This document shows, piece after piece, positions 52,237 to 64,000 of a DNA stretch of 64,000 nucleotides. The stretch is from assembly GCF_036321535.1 (NCBI RefSeq), contig NC_087436.1, forward strand, positions 49,540,001-49,604,000. Direction: 5' to 3'. This DNA comes from Camelus dromedarius (Eukaryota). How positions within the stretch are numbered: the stretch's first letter is position 1; every line of letters begins with the position of its first letter. The notes under the pieces were generated by a model. The model was not told the DNA's origin. It saw nothing but the letters and a program-made list of their open reading frames with translations, and did not search any database. Made by a program: the position numbers and the translations under genes.

Positions 52237-52611
52237 TCTTCCATTTTCTTTTCTATCTTTCTTATTTTTAACTAATTCAGAAAAAATAGAAAATAGAATA
52301 CTATATACTGGGCCTTATTGAATCCCAGCATTGTCATTCTGCATCCTAAGCTGTTTCTTCTATTCATTCATTTAGGCAACAAATACCTAGTGTCTGCTAG
52401 GTGCCAGGTAATCCCTAAGAAGACTGATTCTTCCACTTGAGCTTTAAGAACTAAAAGTAGGAATCAGAGTTTATGGTTCTGGTCCCACTAGATTGTTGTA
52501 AACATCACATTGAAGTTGGATTGGGAAGTATTTGGAGTTCATATTATTCTAAGTGGATTTCGAAGTGTGTATAGTTTGCCTTGAAAATACACTATATGTA
52601 TTGTTCATTTC

Positions 52612-52666
52612 AGGAGACTAGTTTGTGTATTCTTCACTTTTCTACTACTCTTATCTGTTCTTTCAG
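52612..52666 (+). pseudogene. Possible decayed signal-peptide exon (beta-defensin-like exon 1), start codon lost
   Basis: AGG AGA CTA GTT TGT GTA TTC TTC ACT TTT CTA CTA CTC TTA TCT GTT CTT TCA G|GTAAGA = (M>R)RLVCVFFTFLLLLSVLS with a phase-1 donor. Could instead be only a polypyrimidine tract. Confidence 0.3.
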
Positions 52667-53959
52667 GTAAGAATAGATTGTTCTTTAAGCTTCTAAATGG
52701 TTCTGACATTTTACTCCTGCCTTCAATTAATTTAATTTGTACTTAAAGAATATCTGTAACTACATTTAAGCAAAAACAGTTTCCATAGGAACATCATAGA
52801 TTTTCTAAATTCAGGCTATGATGTAATCAACCAAATGACTGTTGTACCCAAATTCTTGTTTATTTCGTCTGCAGCATTCTTATTTAAATCTATTGTACTA
52901 CACACAGATTGTCCATATCTGAATTTAACTTGGAAGTATAGGACATTTTCCAATTACTTCTATTTTAGAAATTCTTGTTTGATTTCACAGTATTATGGAA
53001 CTCACATTCTTGCTAGAGTTAAAATATCGACAGAATAGACTGGATTATGTAGAGTATATCTATATGATGTTGACCTAGTTTTCTAAAATTATGGAAATTT
53101 TCTATCCATGCTGACAGCTTGTGGATATCACTGTAGTCAAAATATTACGGAAGAATGAATTTCACACGCTAAATTGATTGTTACTGTTAGATCTATTAAC
53201 ATATTACAATATAAAGTAGTTGAGGTTCTTGCCCTTGATTTCCTGAAAAATATCTAATAAGATTGTTTTTTGCATGTATATATATTTTTGACTTAATTGC
53301 TTTTTTTTAAGCAGTAGTTGTGGATGTTTATTCTGTATATTTGTATGCAATTGATATTACTCTCTAAAGGGCTCTTAATGGTCGAAAAATTTGAGATCTC
53401 TGCTTTTGGGTTGAGATCAGAAATTTATTTGAATAAATTTAGCCTTTTGAGTCTGTAAGCCCTAGACAGAGAATTTTGTAAATGGATTTTCTTTGCTCAT
53501 ATAAAAATCTCTCTTTTTTATTCACTTTTTCTTTTGTTCCTTACTTATGGCCTTAGTCAGAAACAAAAGATGTGCAGGATAGAAAAATAAGAGCATTTAT
53601 TTGTGGACATAGCCAATTTATGTGCTAAGGGATAAAAGAAAAAGGGTGAAAGGAACAAAAGTTTCTGAGATATGTTCCTACTGCCCAAGAGGCTCCTGGA
53701 GGTCCCAGAAGAGTTCAGCTTAGTTGGGATTTCAGAGGGAATTCTTCATAATAGTTCCTTAAGATAGATCCAGCTGCCTTTTCCTCTTTACATTCATAGA
53801 AGTTTGTTTCTTTTTATAGCACATCTTATTACATATATTATTATACCTGTAAATATCTCTTCTACTAGTCCTTAAGTTCCATAAGGATAGTAAGCTCCAA
53901 GAAAGCAGTTGTCATGTTGGCAAGTTTTAGAGACGTCACATAAAGGTGGAAATGTGCCA

Positions 53960-55085
53960 GGTTTGGGAAATTTGGAGATTATTGGTGATTTTGCTGGAAT
54001 AGATTTGGCAGGGTAGGAGGTGTTTGAGATTATTCATCAGCATTCATTCAGGTAATATATTCTATGTATTCGATGCATAGAAGATTTAATATAGAATCAA
54101 GGATTTACAAAATTTGTTGGAAAAATTGAAGGAGTGAAACTCAGGGAAGCTGTCCCTGAGGATAAGGGGAGCTGTTGCTCAAAGGTCAGAGAAATTGACA
54201 CACAAGATCTCAGTCTGAAGCCCTAAAATAAATCGTTCTCAGAAGCTTGCCAGAAGCTATTACAAGTTTCAACAATCTGGAGAAAGCCCCCAGAAGCTGT
54301 CTCAGTCTGTGGGGGGAAACAGATGGGCTTCAGAAATTCCCCCAAAGCCGCAACGACTCAATCATCTTTCTATATCTCTCATACGTCAACTGCTCCAAAA
54401 AATAGCAGCTTCTGCTTTACTTTAGCCTAATTCTCACCTGTGTTTCTTACATTGATAAACTCTAACTTAGAACCACAGAGAGTGAGGGCTCTGGGAAGTG
54501 GGTCTCCCTGGCTTAGCCAGGAGTGGTCGTGGTGTGGAGCTGGTTTGTGTGAGACTAGTTATCATGGCTTTGGAAGAGAAGTAGGCCACAGAGCAGAGAA
54601 ATTGTTTTTAACAAAATTGATTGAAAAAGGATGAAGGGAGATAGGTGTATTAAAGGTAAAGGATTTAGAGATTTTTTTTTTCCCTTTGAAAGTGTGATAG
54701 TATTTGGCTAGATTTTTAGCAGAAGGGAGGAAGCTACCACAGAAGGACAGGCTATAGTCTGATAAAGGAGATAACTGTTAATGAAGCAAGGTCTCCAAGG
54801 GAGACGGGAGAGGTTGAGAGCAAAACATGATTGGAGAGTTTAAGAAAGAAGGCTTTCTCTGAAACTGAGAATAAGACAGCATCCTGCAAAAATTGAGTTC
54901 AGAGTGGTGAATTGAGGAACTTGATGGGTGATGGTTTCTATTTTCTCTGTGAAGTAGAAGGTAAAGTTGCCTGCTGAGAAGGAGAGAACATTAGTTTGGA
55001 GTAATGCTGAGGATATTGGGAACAGGAGTTATCTGTGAGTGAGCGTAAGATTTCTGAGTTCACTGAGGGCTCAGAGGAGTCCCAA
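53960..55085 (-). mobile_element. Old L2 fragment interrupted by an ERVL-type LTR (~54030-54530, LTR33/LTR41-like)
   Basis: L2-like tgatggtttctattttctctgtgaagtagaagg; LTR-like aactctaacttagaaccacagagagtgagggctctgggaag...ggcttagcc. Confidence 0.55.
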
Positions 55086-55769
55086 GCCCATCCATATGTG
55101 GTGACACCAATATGCATGGATGCTTGATTTTCCCCACCTGGATTCCTCCTACCATGGATTCACCATCTGTGATGAATTTGTAACTCACTCGAGTTCTTCT
55201 TTCCTATTATTTGAGTGAGTTCCCTGTGCTTATCTGGTTCCTGGCATTCACCTAGGCACAGTAAAAATCGTCTATTTGTGCCTGGTTTATAGTAGGCATT
55301 CAGTAGAATGTGTGTTTGAATAAATCTGAACCAAACTGGCTATAGCAGGAGAGACTTGGTCCAGGTTTAGTGAGTTGTGGAGACCATGATGTGAAAAGAC
55401 TTGGAATTAAGCAGATGGTGGGGAGTATCTGTGACAGTGTTCCTGGGATAATTAACTAAGGAGTCTAGGCTGGATAGAAAGGAAAGTGAGGCCAGGAAGA
55501 AGACTAATAAAAGTGGATAAAAATGAAGGAAACAAGGGAATAGAAGTCTTGAGAGTTTGAAGAACATATTTAGTAGAAATAGAGGAATGAGAAAACAGGA
55601 AAAAAAAAAAAAACCCAGTGAGAATTTTGGTCAAAGAGTGGAATTTTGGAGATATTTTCAGGGGTAGAGTACTTTTAGATAACAAAGAAAAAGATTCCAA
55701 TTATAGTCATGGAATAGGTGAAGGGTACTGGAACTCAGAACACAAAAGAATTAAGAACATGGTCCTGGG

Positions 55770-55885
55770 CAGGGCCACTGTGATAATTGTAGATTACTCT
55801 ACTCTAGTCTATATCATGATCCAGATGGACGATGCCTGCTGGCGGGATGCACTGCACACCAGTGTGACCACCCACGGTGGTCCTG
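55770..55885. mobile_element. Short hAT-type MITE (MER91-like)
   Basis: Imperfect TIRs cagggccac / gtggtcctg and internal tgcactgcacac. Confidence 0.55.
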
Positions 55886-56929
55886 GACTGGGCGTTATTT
55901 ATGTGGACCATGTGTTCACATACAACCTTGGTAGGTATTGCCATATGGTTCTTCTGGTGACCCAAGTGGGAAGTCAGGTGTGATTGGAGGCTCTCTCTGG
56001 ACAGAGAAGAGAGATGAAATCCACCTGGGACAGGTTTTAAAGTATATAGGAGTGGAACTTTGAGGTACAAGGAACACTTTGATTTACAGAATGGGATAAA
56101 CCCTTTACAAATGGAGAGACCAACAGGAACAAAGTCTAAAAGCAAGAAAGTGCTCTGATTGTGTACACAATACAGTTTGTGATTTTCAGAGCTGTTCAGA
56201 AGACAGACCTTTCCATGATACATATCATGATGGTGGCCATGGCATTATGATGAAAATGGAAATCCTAAACATGGGAGTATATAGGCCCTTGAAGATTATA
56301 TTCCAGTATTAGAAAGTAATTTTGGACCTAGAAAAGAGAGTTATAGCAGGAAGTTAACTACTTTTAATGGGTGGGCAAAAGATGCAGATCAGAGCTGGAA
56401 ATTCTCTGCTGCTTTTATAAGAAGTAAAGCTGGTTGGATGAAAAAAAGAAACAGATAAGTTTTCTTTGTTACCAGAGTTAATCATTAGTCTTTTCTAAGC
56501 ATTTTAGCTTCACAACTATGAAAATGGTAGAGTACAAAATGGATAGATTGTACCAAGTGCTTTCTTAATTTGTTCCATGAAATTATTCTGATATATTCAC
56601 AGTGTTCACTTCAGAGAAACAATTGTTTCTGGAAGTAGTTGTTTTGTATTTATATTATGCAGTATTATTCATTAAAATTATAGTATATAATAAAATTAGC
56701 ATCATTATTTTGCCTTATATGAAGTCTTTGCTTCATGGACCCCTGAAAGATTTATACAAATATTGCTAACAGTCCCTGTAATATCCTTGTGTGAGGTAAA
56801 TTTTATTAAAAACTTCTGTTGGTAGTAATTCTCAGAAGCAATGAACTAGTCACCTGCATAAAAGCAGTTTTAGTAGAGAAAATAAGGTGGGTGGCAGTCA
56901 ACATATAGGGTATTTTAAGTTTCTGCCAC

Positions 56930-57330
56930 TGTATTAACTATGATAGGCTGCTGTAATAAATAAACCTTGATAACTCAGTGACTGAACACAATAGAAGTTT
57001 ATTATTTGCTCTTCTAAAGTACAGTTGATGGTGAGAGTTGAGGAGTGATGTAGAAAAAACGAGGGCAACTGCATAGATACAGAAATTTCAGGAATATCTA
57101 CCATTTTCAATATATGGCTTCCAAAATTGACTTAGATATTGTCATATAGTACAGAGGGTAGAACTGAGAGGTAAAGGATTATGTGCATGATTTTATTGGC
57201 CAGTCACTTTCAATAGGCCAGAGCATAATCACATGACCACACCTAACTGCAAAGGAGACCAGGAAATGCCCCTCTGTATTAGGAAGAAAGGGAAATGAGT
57301 TTGATTAACAATTTGTCAGTTTCTGCCCTA
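56930..57330 (-). mobile_element. Old MaLR LTR (MLT1J/K/L-like)
   Basis: tgtattaact...taggctgctgtaataaa...ctcagtgactgaacacaatagaagtttatt...tcacatgaccacacctaactgcaaaggagacc. Confidence 0.8.
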
Positions 57331-58341
57331 ATCACCAATCAGCAATTCATAAAACTTGCACATTTTCTGATGTGAGATTAAAAAATATGGCCTGAGTTCC
57401 TTTAGCATTTATTTCACATCTTGACATAAGCTACAGTACAGCAAAATTTTCCAGGAAATAGATTTCCACAGTAGTACCTTTGTAGTGGCTCAGTTATATA
57501 ACTCTTGAGTGAAAATTCCTGGTACGATGTAACTATTTAGGCCATGCATATACAAGTGAATGTTGCAACTTGAAATGAATCCACAGTAATGAAAAAAGAG
57601 AAGCAAGAAAGTGCTTCATCTCACTCACCACACACATCCATCTCAACCACACACAAATATCCTTATCCAGTAATAACGCTGGTTCACATACGGTGGAAGA
57701 GGGGGAGGGCACTCAGATTTGTTTGGCAACCCAAGATGAAGGTGGGCTTGCATTTAATTCAGGCAAGGAAAAACAAATAATATTTTGATTATGAGAAACA
57801 GGAGTGATCCCTATGTCATAGGACTAATGATCTCTAAGGATGGAAACAGCACTGGGAAGCATACCCATATTAAACCAATGTAACAATTTCCAGTTTTGGT
57901 CACATGATGGACTGAATTGTCGTGGACCCCTCTTCCACTGCCAACAAATAAGAAGTATGGCAGTTCCTTCTATCTGCTGGGAGAAAAAGAGGAAGCCAGC
58001 CATTGTGACAACCTAGTGCTGTCTATTATTTTTCCATCTATTTCTCTCCTGTTCTTGGAAATTGTAGTCTTAACACGTATTTCCATCAACTTTTCAAGTA
58101 CTCCACCTTTCTGTAATATGTAACTTTCTGTAATTCAAAAAAAAACCAAAAAAAAAAAAAAAACGAACCCACACAACATTAAGTTAAGGCAATTTAATTC
58201 AATCAGTTTATTGGATTCCCAATTTGTGTGGGATATTTAAAAGATGCACACAGTGAATACAACATTTGCTGATATCAAATAATTTATAGTCTCACTGGAG
58301 CTATTTCTCGTTTTTACTTGCTATTATATATATCCTTGTAG

Positions 58342-58486
58342 TTGTTAATAGTTTTACTGTCTTCAAATTCTGCAAATATGCCTGCTGCAAAAACTTGTAA
58401 GTGCCTTCTCTGTTGTTGTAGAGGAAGAGGTTTCAAAAGCCTATTGCTTTTGGTAGGAAACAGCCTCCCTCTAACACAGATGCTAT
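58342..58486 (+). pseudogene. Possible decayed cysteine-rich exon (beta-defensin-like exon 2)
   Basis: Acceptor ccttgtag| at 58341; phase-1 reading VVNSFTVFKFCKYACCKNL*. With two assumed frameshifts it reads C-CKNL(G)K-C-LLC-C-VEEEVSKAY-C, a C-x6-C-x3-C-x9-C spacing. Confidence 0.3.
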
Positions 58487-59014
58487 CAGAAATCTTTCCT
58501 CACATTTTTAAAAGATCTTTACATGATGTTTACTTCCTGTGTGATATTATCAATTTCTGCACTGCTTTCAGTAGCTAAGGTTAAACACTGTTCATTTTAT
58601 GTTTCACTGTGGTTTGGTTTGTGTTTAACTCTTTCATGCTTTTTTATGTGGACATTACAAGGAATCTAAAATATTAAGGAATCTTGAAAATATTTAGAGG
58701 ACTTATAGTTATGGTTCAATAAACAAATTTTAATTTATTCTGCCTTTTTTCTCAGTAATTTCCCTAGTTTCACTTTTGGGGCTACCCTTCATTGGGCATA
58801 CATTCATATAGATGTCTGCCCTGTAATCCTGACTATGTGGTAGGCAAAAAACACACAGAAAGCAAGAGGAGAGAGCCAAGGAACAGAAGGAGAGTGGTCC
58901 CTGTGCTGGGGGGAGATACAGTTCATTCAGATGAAATAATTTGAATAGTAAAACTGAGCACTTATTTACATAAAATTCAAAATATAATACTGCTTTTAAA
59001 TTTTTAATAGACTC

Positions 59015-59880
59015 AGACATCTGATCTAGTCATGAGGGAATAAGATGGTATAGAATTAATCTCCTGCTACGAACAATGAAAAAACTGGACAACAATACAA
59101 GAAACAAATACTTTAGTAATTGGACAACAGAAGCACAGGACTGAGAAAAGGGAAATGAAGTAACTTCTATGACTATTCAGTTCTTATAACTTGAAATGAT
59201 TTCTAAATTGTGGAGCAAACATGGTCTGGTAATGTCATAAATTAAGAAGATAGAGAGAGGAAGGTGCCAAGATGGTGGAGTAGAGAGACAGCTCGCTCTC
59301 TCCCACAAATACACTAAGAATTACATCTACAAACCCATTGAATCATGCAGAACACCTGCTGAACTCTGTCAGAGTGTCTCTCGCTTTGAAATATAGGAGG
59401 ATTCTCACAAAATTCGATAAACAACAAGTTCATACTGTATAGCACAGGGAACTATATTCAATATCTTGTAGCTTATGGTGAAAAGGAATATGAAAATGAA
59501 TATATGTGTGTTCGTGTATGACTGAAGCGTTGTGCTACACATCAGAAATTGACACAACATTGTAAACTGACTATACTTTAGTGAAAAAATATATACATAT
59601 GCATAAAAAAAGAAGATAGAGATTGGTATTCAGGGAGACTGAGTTGCATAGAATTCATGGGAGAGAGAATTTGAGATCATGAAGATATACAGAAAAAGAA
59701 CCTAAAAGGAACTTAACTATTTGCCAGAAAATCCAACACTCTTTAAAAGAATAAAACAAAACCTAGTCTCCAAAAATGTAAAATTCTTAATGTCCATTAT
59801 TCAGTAAAAATTGCTAGACATATAAATAAGTAGAAAATGGGAACCGTAGTTAAAGTGAAAAATTAATTATGAAGGACATG
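59015..59880 (+). mobile_element. Old L1M (L1MD/L1M4-like) 5'UTR fragment, host of a younger insertion
   Basis: gacatctgatctagtcatgagggaataag...aatctcctgc...aaaaactggacaac resembles old L1 5' ends and continues after 59622. Confidence 0.65.
59257..59609 (+). mobile_element. Bipartite L1-derived retroposon (L1 5' end fused to L1 3' end) with 13-bp TSD
   Basis: TSD aagaagatagaga at 59244-59256 and 59610-59622; 5' part has ccaagatggtgg; 59416-59590 closely resembles the L1 3' end at 27915-28090. Confidence 0.8.
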
Positions 59881-59899
59881 AAAAATGTACTTACTTGGA

Positions 59900-60282
59900 T
59901 GTCTTGCAGCACAGAGCATGCTGTCATTTTGGATTTACTCTTGTTTTTGTGCTGAGGGCACATTGCCCTCAGGCTGCCCACAGCTCAAGCCGGGGTGGGC
60001 ATGGTGAGGGCACTAAAGTGGACTTACTCCAGCAAGCTCTGGGACTTGTTGAATGAGTGACTTTGGCTGAAACACCCTCATTGACTTTATTGAATCTTTT
60101 TTTTTGAAATACACTGCAGTCCAAGATTTTTCTGTCTTCCTTTTATCTCTTCTTCAATAGATGTTAGATCTGCATCATAGTCTAAAGGCTCTTCATACCT
60201 TTTGTTGCTCCCTCTAACATTAAATCTTTTGCATACCTAAAACCCATCATGGCATTTGCTTTGCAGTAGACCCAAACTGACA
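59900..60282 (+). mobile_element. ERVL 5' LTR (LTR16-like)
   Basis: Ends ...ttaaatcttttgcatacctaaaacccatcatggcatttgctttgcagtagacccaaactgaca, similar to the LTR16 3' end; followed directly by internal sequence. Confidence 0.75.
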
Positions 60283-63200
60283 TAAATTGTACCATGAATA
60301 ATCCAAATAAACAGGTGGTAAGATAAGGATTTGGGACTGGTCCATTCACTGAAGGGCAGGCAAAATGGAATCCATCTTGAATGGTAGGTTGGGCTTGGAT
60401 CGTCCCTGGCATAAGATAGTGGCATGGTTGATAAAGATTTCACCATTGTTGAACTAAGAAAATGTATCAGTGGAGGGAAATACCCTTTTAGTTTGAGTGA
60501 GTCATTTGAAAGACATGGAAAAACAATTCTTCAAAGACAGTGGAGTTGACTGTTCCCTGATGAGTTGTATTTATGCTACATATGGGGATCATGAGAAACT
60601 GAAGATTGTCAATAAGCAGTTAAATGCTAAGTGTGAGAGCAGGAGGCCTCATTTGCAGGTTTCAAAGAGATCCTTCTCTCCCACAGTGGAAGAGCAGACA
60701 TAGCAGAGTAAGCTAAAAGTCTGATGCTTAGAATTGTAGAGTTCCAGAGTTGTTTGGATGCTCATCCAAGGCTGATCTATTATGCTAATGTCAGGGCCCT
60801 GACTAGGGAAGTCTGAGACCAACCCTGAAACATGAGATGGGGGCATGTAGTTGGCAACCCCCGCAAGCATATTGACTGTGTACTCATCCCCTCCCTCAGA
60901 TCTTCAGAACTTGGAGGTAGCCCACTCTTTGTCTGGAGCTAGTACTTCTCCTGAGATGGGCAATGCTGCAGAGGACTGTCCCCCACAGTCAGCAGGCACC
61001 CCCGTAAGAGGCTGCCCCAAGCTTCTCTCTTGCCTGCCATGCTGATAGGCACTTGATCAAGAAGGCTGGAATGAAAGAGTGAATAAATAGAAAAACAATT
61101 CATTGGGAACGCTTTCTCAATACACAGGGTTTATTATCCTGGCAAAGACACCAAGGGATGGGGCAAGCTCTCGTAAGGTTGCTCTTAAGAAGAGCAAAGA
61201 AGTCAACACTGAGTGAAGTGGAAATGTCTGAATGGTCCTGGCAGATGGAAAGGAAGAAATAAAGATGCTGGGGAAGTAAATGTGCTGGATTAGCATGTGA
61301 AACCCAAAGACCCCTCAGAGGGTTAGATCCCTAGGAGGGCTCAGAGGACGTACCACTCATTAATGCCATTAGGAGTGGCTGATGAGAGAGCACCAGTACG
61401 TTCTGTGGTGGTGTTCCTTTGCAGGACAGGGCTTGAAGATAGGGGAGGTAGTCAGAGACCCGAGCTTGTTAATATACACAAGGATGTTGGGATCCTGAAG
61501 TAATGGAGGCCAGGAGGTGGCACTTAATCATCAGAAACAAGGTGGCTGCAGTTACCTTAATTACTAGCAAGATCAAAGGGGCAGCCAAGGGGGACTTGTC
61601 CCTCAGGAGCTTATAGAGATGGTCAATAGAGCATGGTGTCCCTTGGGGCAAAACATTTGGGCAACCAACAAGTGTGCTATTTAAAATCTATAACCAAAAG
61701 AGTGAAAGAATGGAGTGGCTGAGGACGGCCAGCCCAATGCAAAGTTATTACCCCTTGCTCAGTTTCTGAACCTGAGCCAGTTTTCAGATCCGGGACACTC
61801 TGACTGAAAAAGGACTGGGTGCATAGGAGGAAGTACTCCATAACTTCACGGCACATGTATGCACTAATATTCCCACATTCTTTCCCAAAGGGACCTCTGG
61901 GTGACTGCATGTTAGGGAACAGGAATGGATTAGTTTTCTTTTGCTACCATAACATACCACGTCAAATTTAGCAGTTTAAAATGACACTAATCTATTATTT
62001 CACAGTTCTGTAGGTCAGAAGTTCAATACAGTGTGGCTCAGCTGACTCAGTGTAAGGTCTCAGCAAACCAGAATCAAGGGGTTGGTAGTATTGCATTCCT
62101 TGATGGAGGTTTCTTTCTGCGAAAGAGTATGTTTCCACGGTCACTAGGATGTCAGTGGCATTCATTTCCTATGGTCGTAATGCCGAGGTTCCTATTTTCT
62201 TGATGGCTGTCTGACAGGAGACTCTCTCAGCTCTTTCAGGCAACATTCCTTCGTCATCCTGTTGGCCCCCCCATCCTCGAACCAGTAACAATGCACCGCA
62301 TTCTTCTCACACTTAATCTTCCTTGCTTCTTATGCTCTCTTTGACTCCAGCTGGAGAAAGTTCTCTGCTTTTAAGGGCTCATATGATTAGACTGAGCCCA
62401 CCTGGATAAACCAGGCTAATCTTCTTAACCTAAAGTCTGTAACCTTAATTACATCTGCAAAGTCCCTTTGGTCATGTAATAAAATCTACTCACAGGTTCT
62501 AAGGATTAGGGTATGGGTGTCTTTGTAGGTTCGTTCTGCTGACCACAAGGGAAGACCCAGGCTTTTGAGGACCTTTGGACACAAGGTCTGAGTTGATATT
62601 GATCTGGAAACTCAGAGAATCATTATTATTTTGCTCTAAGAATAGAAGTTTCAGAGTCCAGATAATAAATGGAGTCTTGTGTAAAATTGGCTCATGGTAG
62701 GCACCTTGGATCCCCAGATTCATCCAGTTGTCATTTTCTCTGTCAGTCAATGGAAAATTGATGTACTTAGCAGTTAGAGCAACCCTCACATTGTCTGCAG
62801 ACTATCTTAGTGGGAAATGCCAAGCAGGAACTTCTGAAATGTCTGTTGTTCCTCTCCCAATTACCCAGTTAAGATTGTAAATAAAAAAATAATACAACAT
62901 TTTAAGAGGATGGTAGAGATTAGTGAGACCATTAAAGACCCAAAGACCAGGAGTAGGGGTCTCTATCATATCTGTTAAATTTTCTATTCTTGTCCCTGCA
63001 GAAACTGGATTATCCTGTCAAACGACTATAGTTTAGACCAATCTCAACCAGTGGCCCCTATAACATCTGGTCTTCTACATGTTTTGTTTTGCTGGAGGAG
63101 ATTAGTAGGGCTCTGGATACATGTTATGTAGCCACTCATTTGGCAAATTTGTTAATTTTCATTCTAAGTTAAAAAGTGGATCTAAAACAGTTTGCATTAA

Positions 63201-63590
63201 TGTAGGGTACCCACCAGTTTTCATTTACAGTTTTGCCTTTAGGCTGTTTTAACACTCTTCTGTATATTATATTATAGCTTGATGAAATCTGAACTGTTTG
63301 TTCCCCACCAGTCTTCATACAGATCCATTAAATTTATGGCATCATGTCAATGAGATAGGATGAATAAGATTTGGCTAGTGAACTGGAAACCTTGGAAAGA
63401 TACATGTGCACCAGAGATTGGCAAAGAAATTCTGTGTTATTTCAGAGACCTGCTTCTTTGGTGAAAATTTAAAGGGTCCAGTGGTTAGGGTACAGTGATA
63501 TCTACTGAAAAAAAAAAAAAAACCAGACAATTTGCTTTATTGTGCATCGTCTTTCACCAAAAAGTAAGCACAGTCCTTGCTACACCACTC
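60283..63590 (+). mobile_element. Decayed ERVL internal region (ERV3-16A3-like): gag, protease and RT relics
   Basis: Protease motif F*GPLDTRSELILI at 62563-62604 (cf. FRGLLDTGSELTLI); RT relics LLEEISRALDTCYVATHLAN, KQFALM*GTHQFSFTVLPLG and IH*IYGIM (cf. VHYIDDIM) at ~63085-63350. Confidence 0.88.
61926..62547 (-). mobile_element. MaLR solo LTR (MLT1E-like) inserted in the ERVL
   Basis: tggattagttttc...tcacagttctgtaggtcagaagttc...gagaaagttctctgcttttaagggctcatatgattag...ttctgctgaccaca; near-TSD aggaa / aggga. Confidence 0.88.
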
Positions 63591-63609
63591 TGTGTTTTAT
63601 AAGCATCCC

Positions 63610-63952
63610 AAATATTCTACAGATATTAAAAGTATAATAAGAAAATATTACAAATAATGTTATGACAATAAATTTGAAAACCTAGACAAAGCAGACAAAT
63701 TCCATGAAAGACACAAACTATCAAAACTGACTCAAGATGAAATTGAAATTCCAAATAGTTCTCTATCACGTAAAGAAAAATTTGTAATTGTCTTCCCACA
63801 CCAACATCCTCCAGACCCAGATGGCTTTACTAGCAGTTGTCGCATCTGGAAGACGTTATGAAGAATTGATGGTATTTCTATACAAAAGGGTACACTTCCC
63901 TCATCATTTTATTGAGGCAAGAGTTACTCTGGCTCCAAAATCACACAGAGAC
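63610..63952 (+). mobile_element. L1 ORF2 fragment
   Basis: aataaatttgaaaacctagac...gacaaattcc...ctccagacccagatggctttact (PGPDGFT-like)...cttccctcatcatttt. Confidence 0.85.
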
Positions 63953-63954
63953 AT

Positions 63955-64000
63955 TGTATTAATTTCCTAAACCTGTGCTAACAAAGTACCACAAACTTGT
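63955..64000 (-). mobile_element. End of a MaLR LTR, truncated by the window edge
   Basis: tgtattaatttcct...taacaaagtaccacaaact, typical of a reverse MLT1 terminus. Confidence 0.65.

Noticed and set aside
53545..53700. Alternative exon-2 candidate for the 52612 segment (ETKDVQDRK...ICGHSQFMC*)
   Set aside because: Wrong phase at the nearest acceptor and most cysteines would have to be assumed; weaker than the 58342 candidate.

Overview
Mammalian, AT-rich, repeat-rich non-coding DNA, very probably camelid (camel/alpaca/llama), judged from four copies of a tRNA-derived Vic-1-type SINE and lineage-type L1 3' ends. I recognise no intact protein-coding gene. The ORF track is almost all chance ORFs or repeat-derived. 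Much of the window is interspersed repeats: MIR, L2, old and younger L1, MaLR/ERVL LTRs, a MER47/Tigger DNA transposon, and a decayed ERVL provirus with protease and RT relics at the right end. Four observations stand out. (1) A ~350-bp insertion with a 13-bp TSD that fuses an L1 5' end directly to an L1 3' end, a candidate SINE-like non-autonomous L1 derivative (59257-59609). (2) Several + strand fragments resembling decayed two-exon beta-defensin-like genes (52612-52666 with 58342-58486; 2-340; weaker 2158-6400); these are speculative. (3) An old L1 with a 5' inversion and a hairpin at its junction. (4) A probable short L1 3' transduction. Repeat family names are by-eye recognition, not database results, and boundaries without a TSD are approximate.
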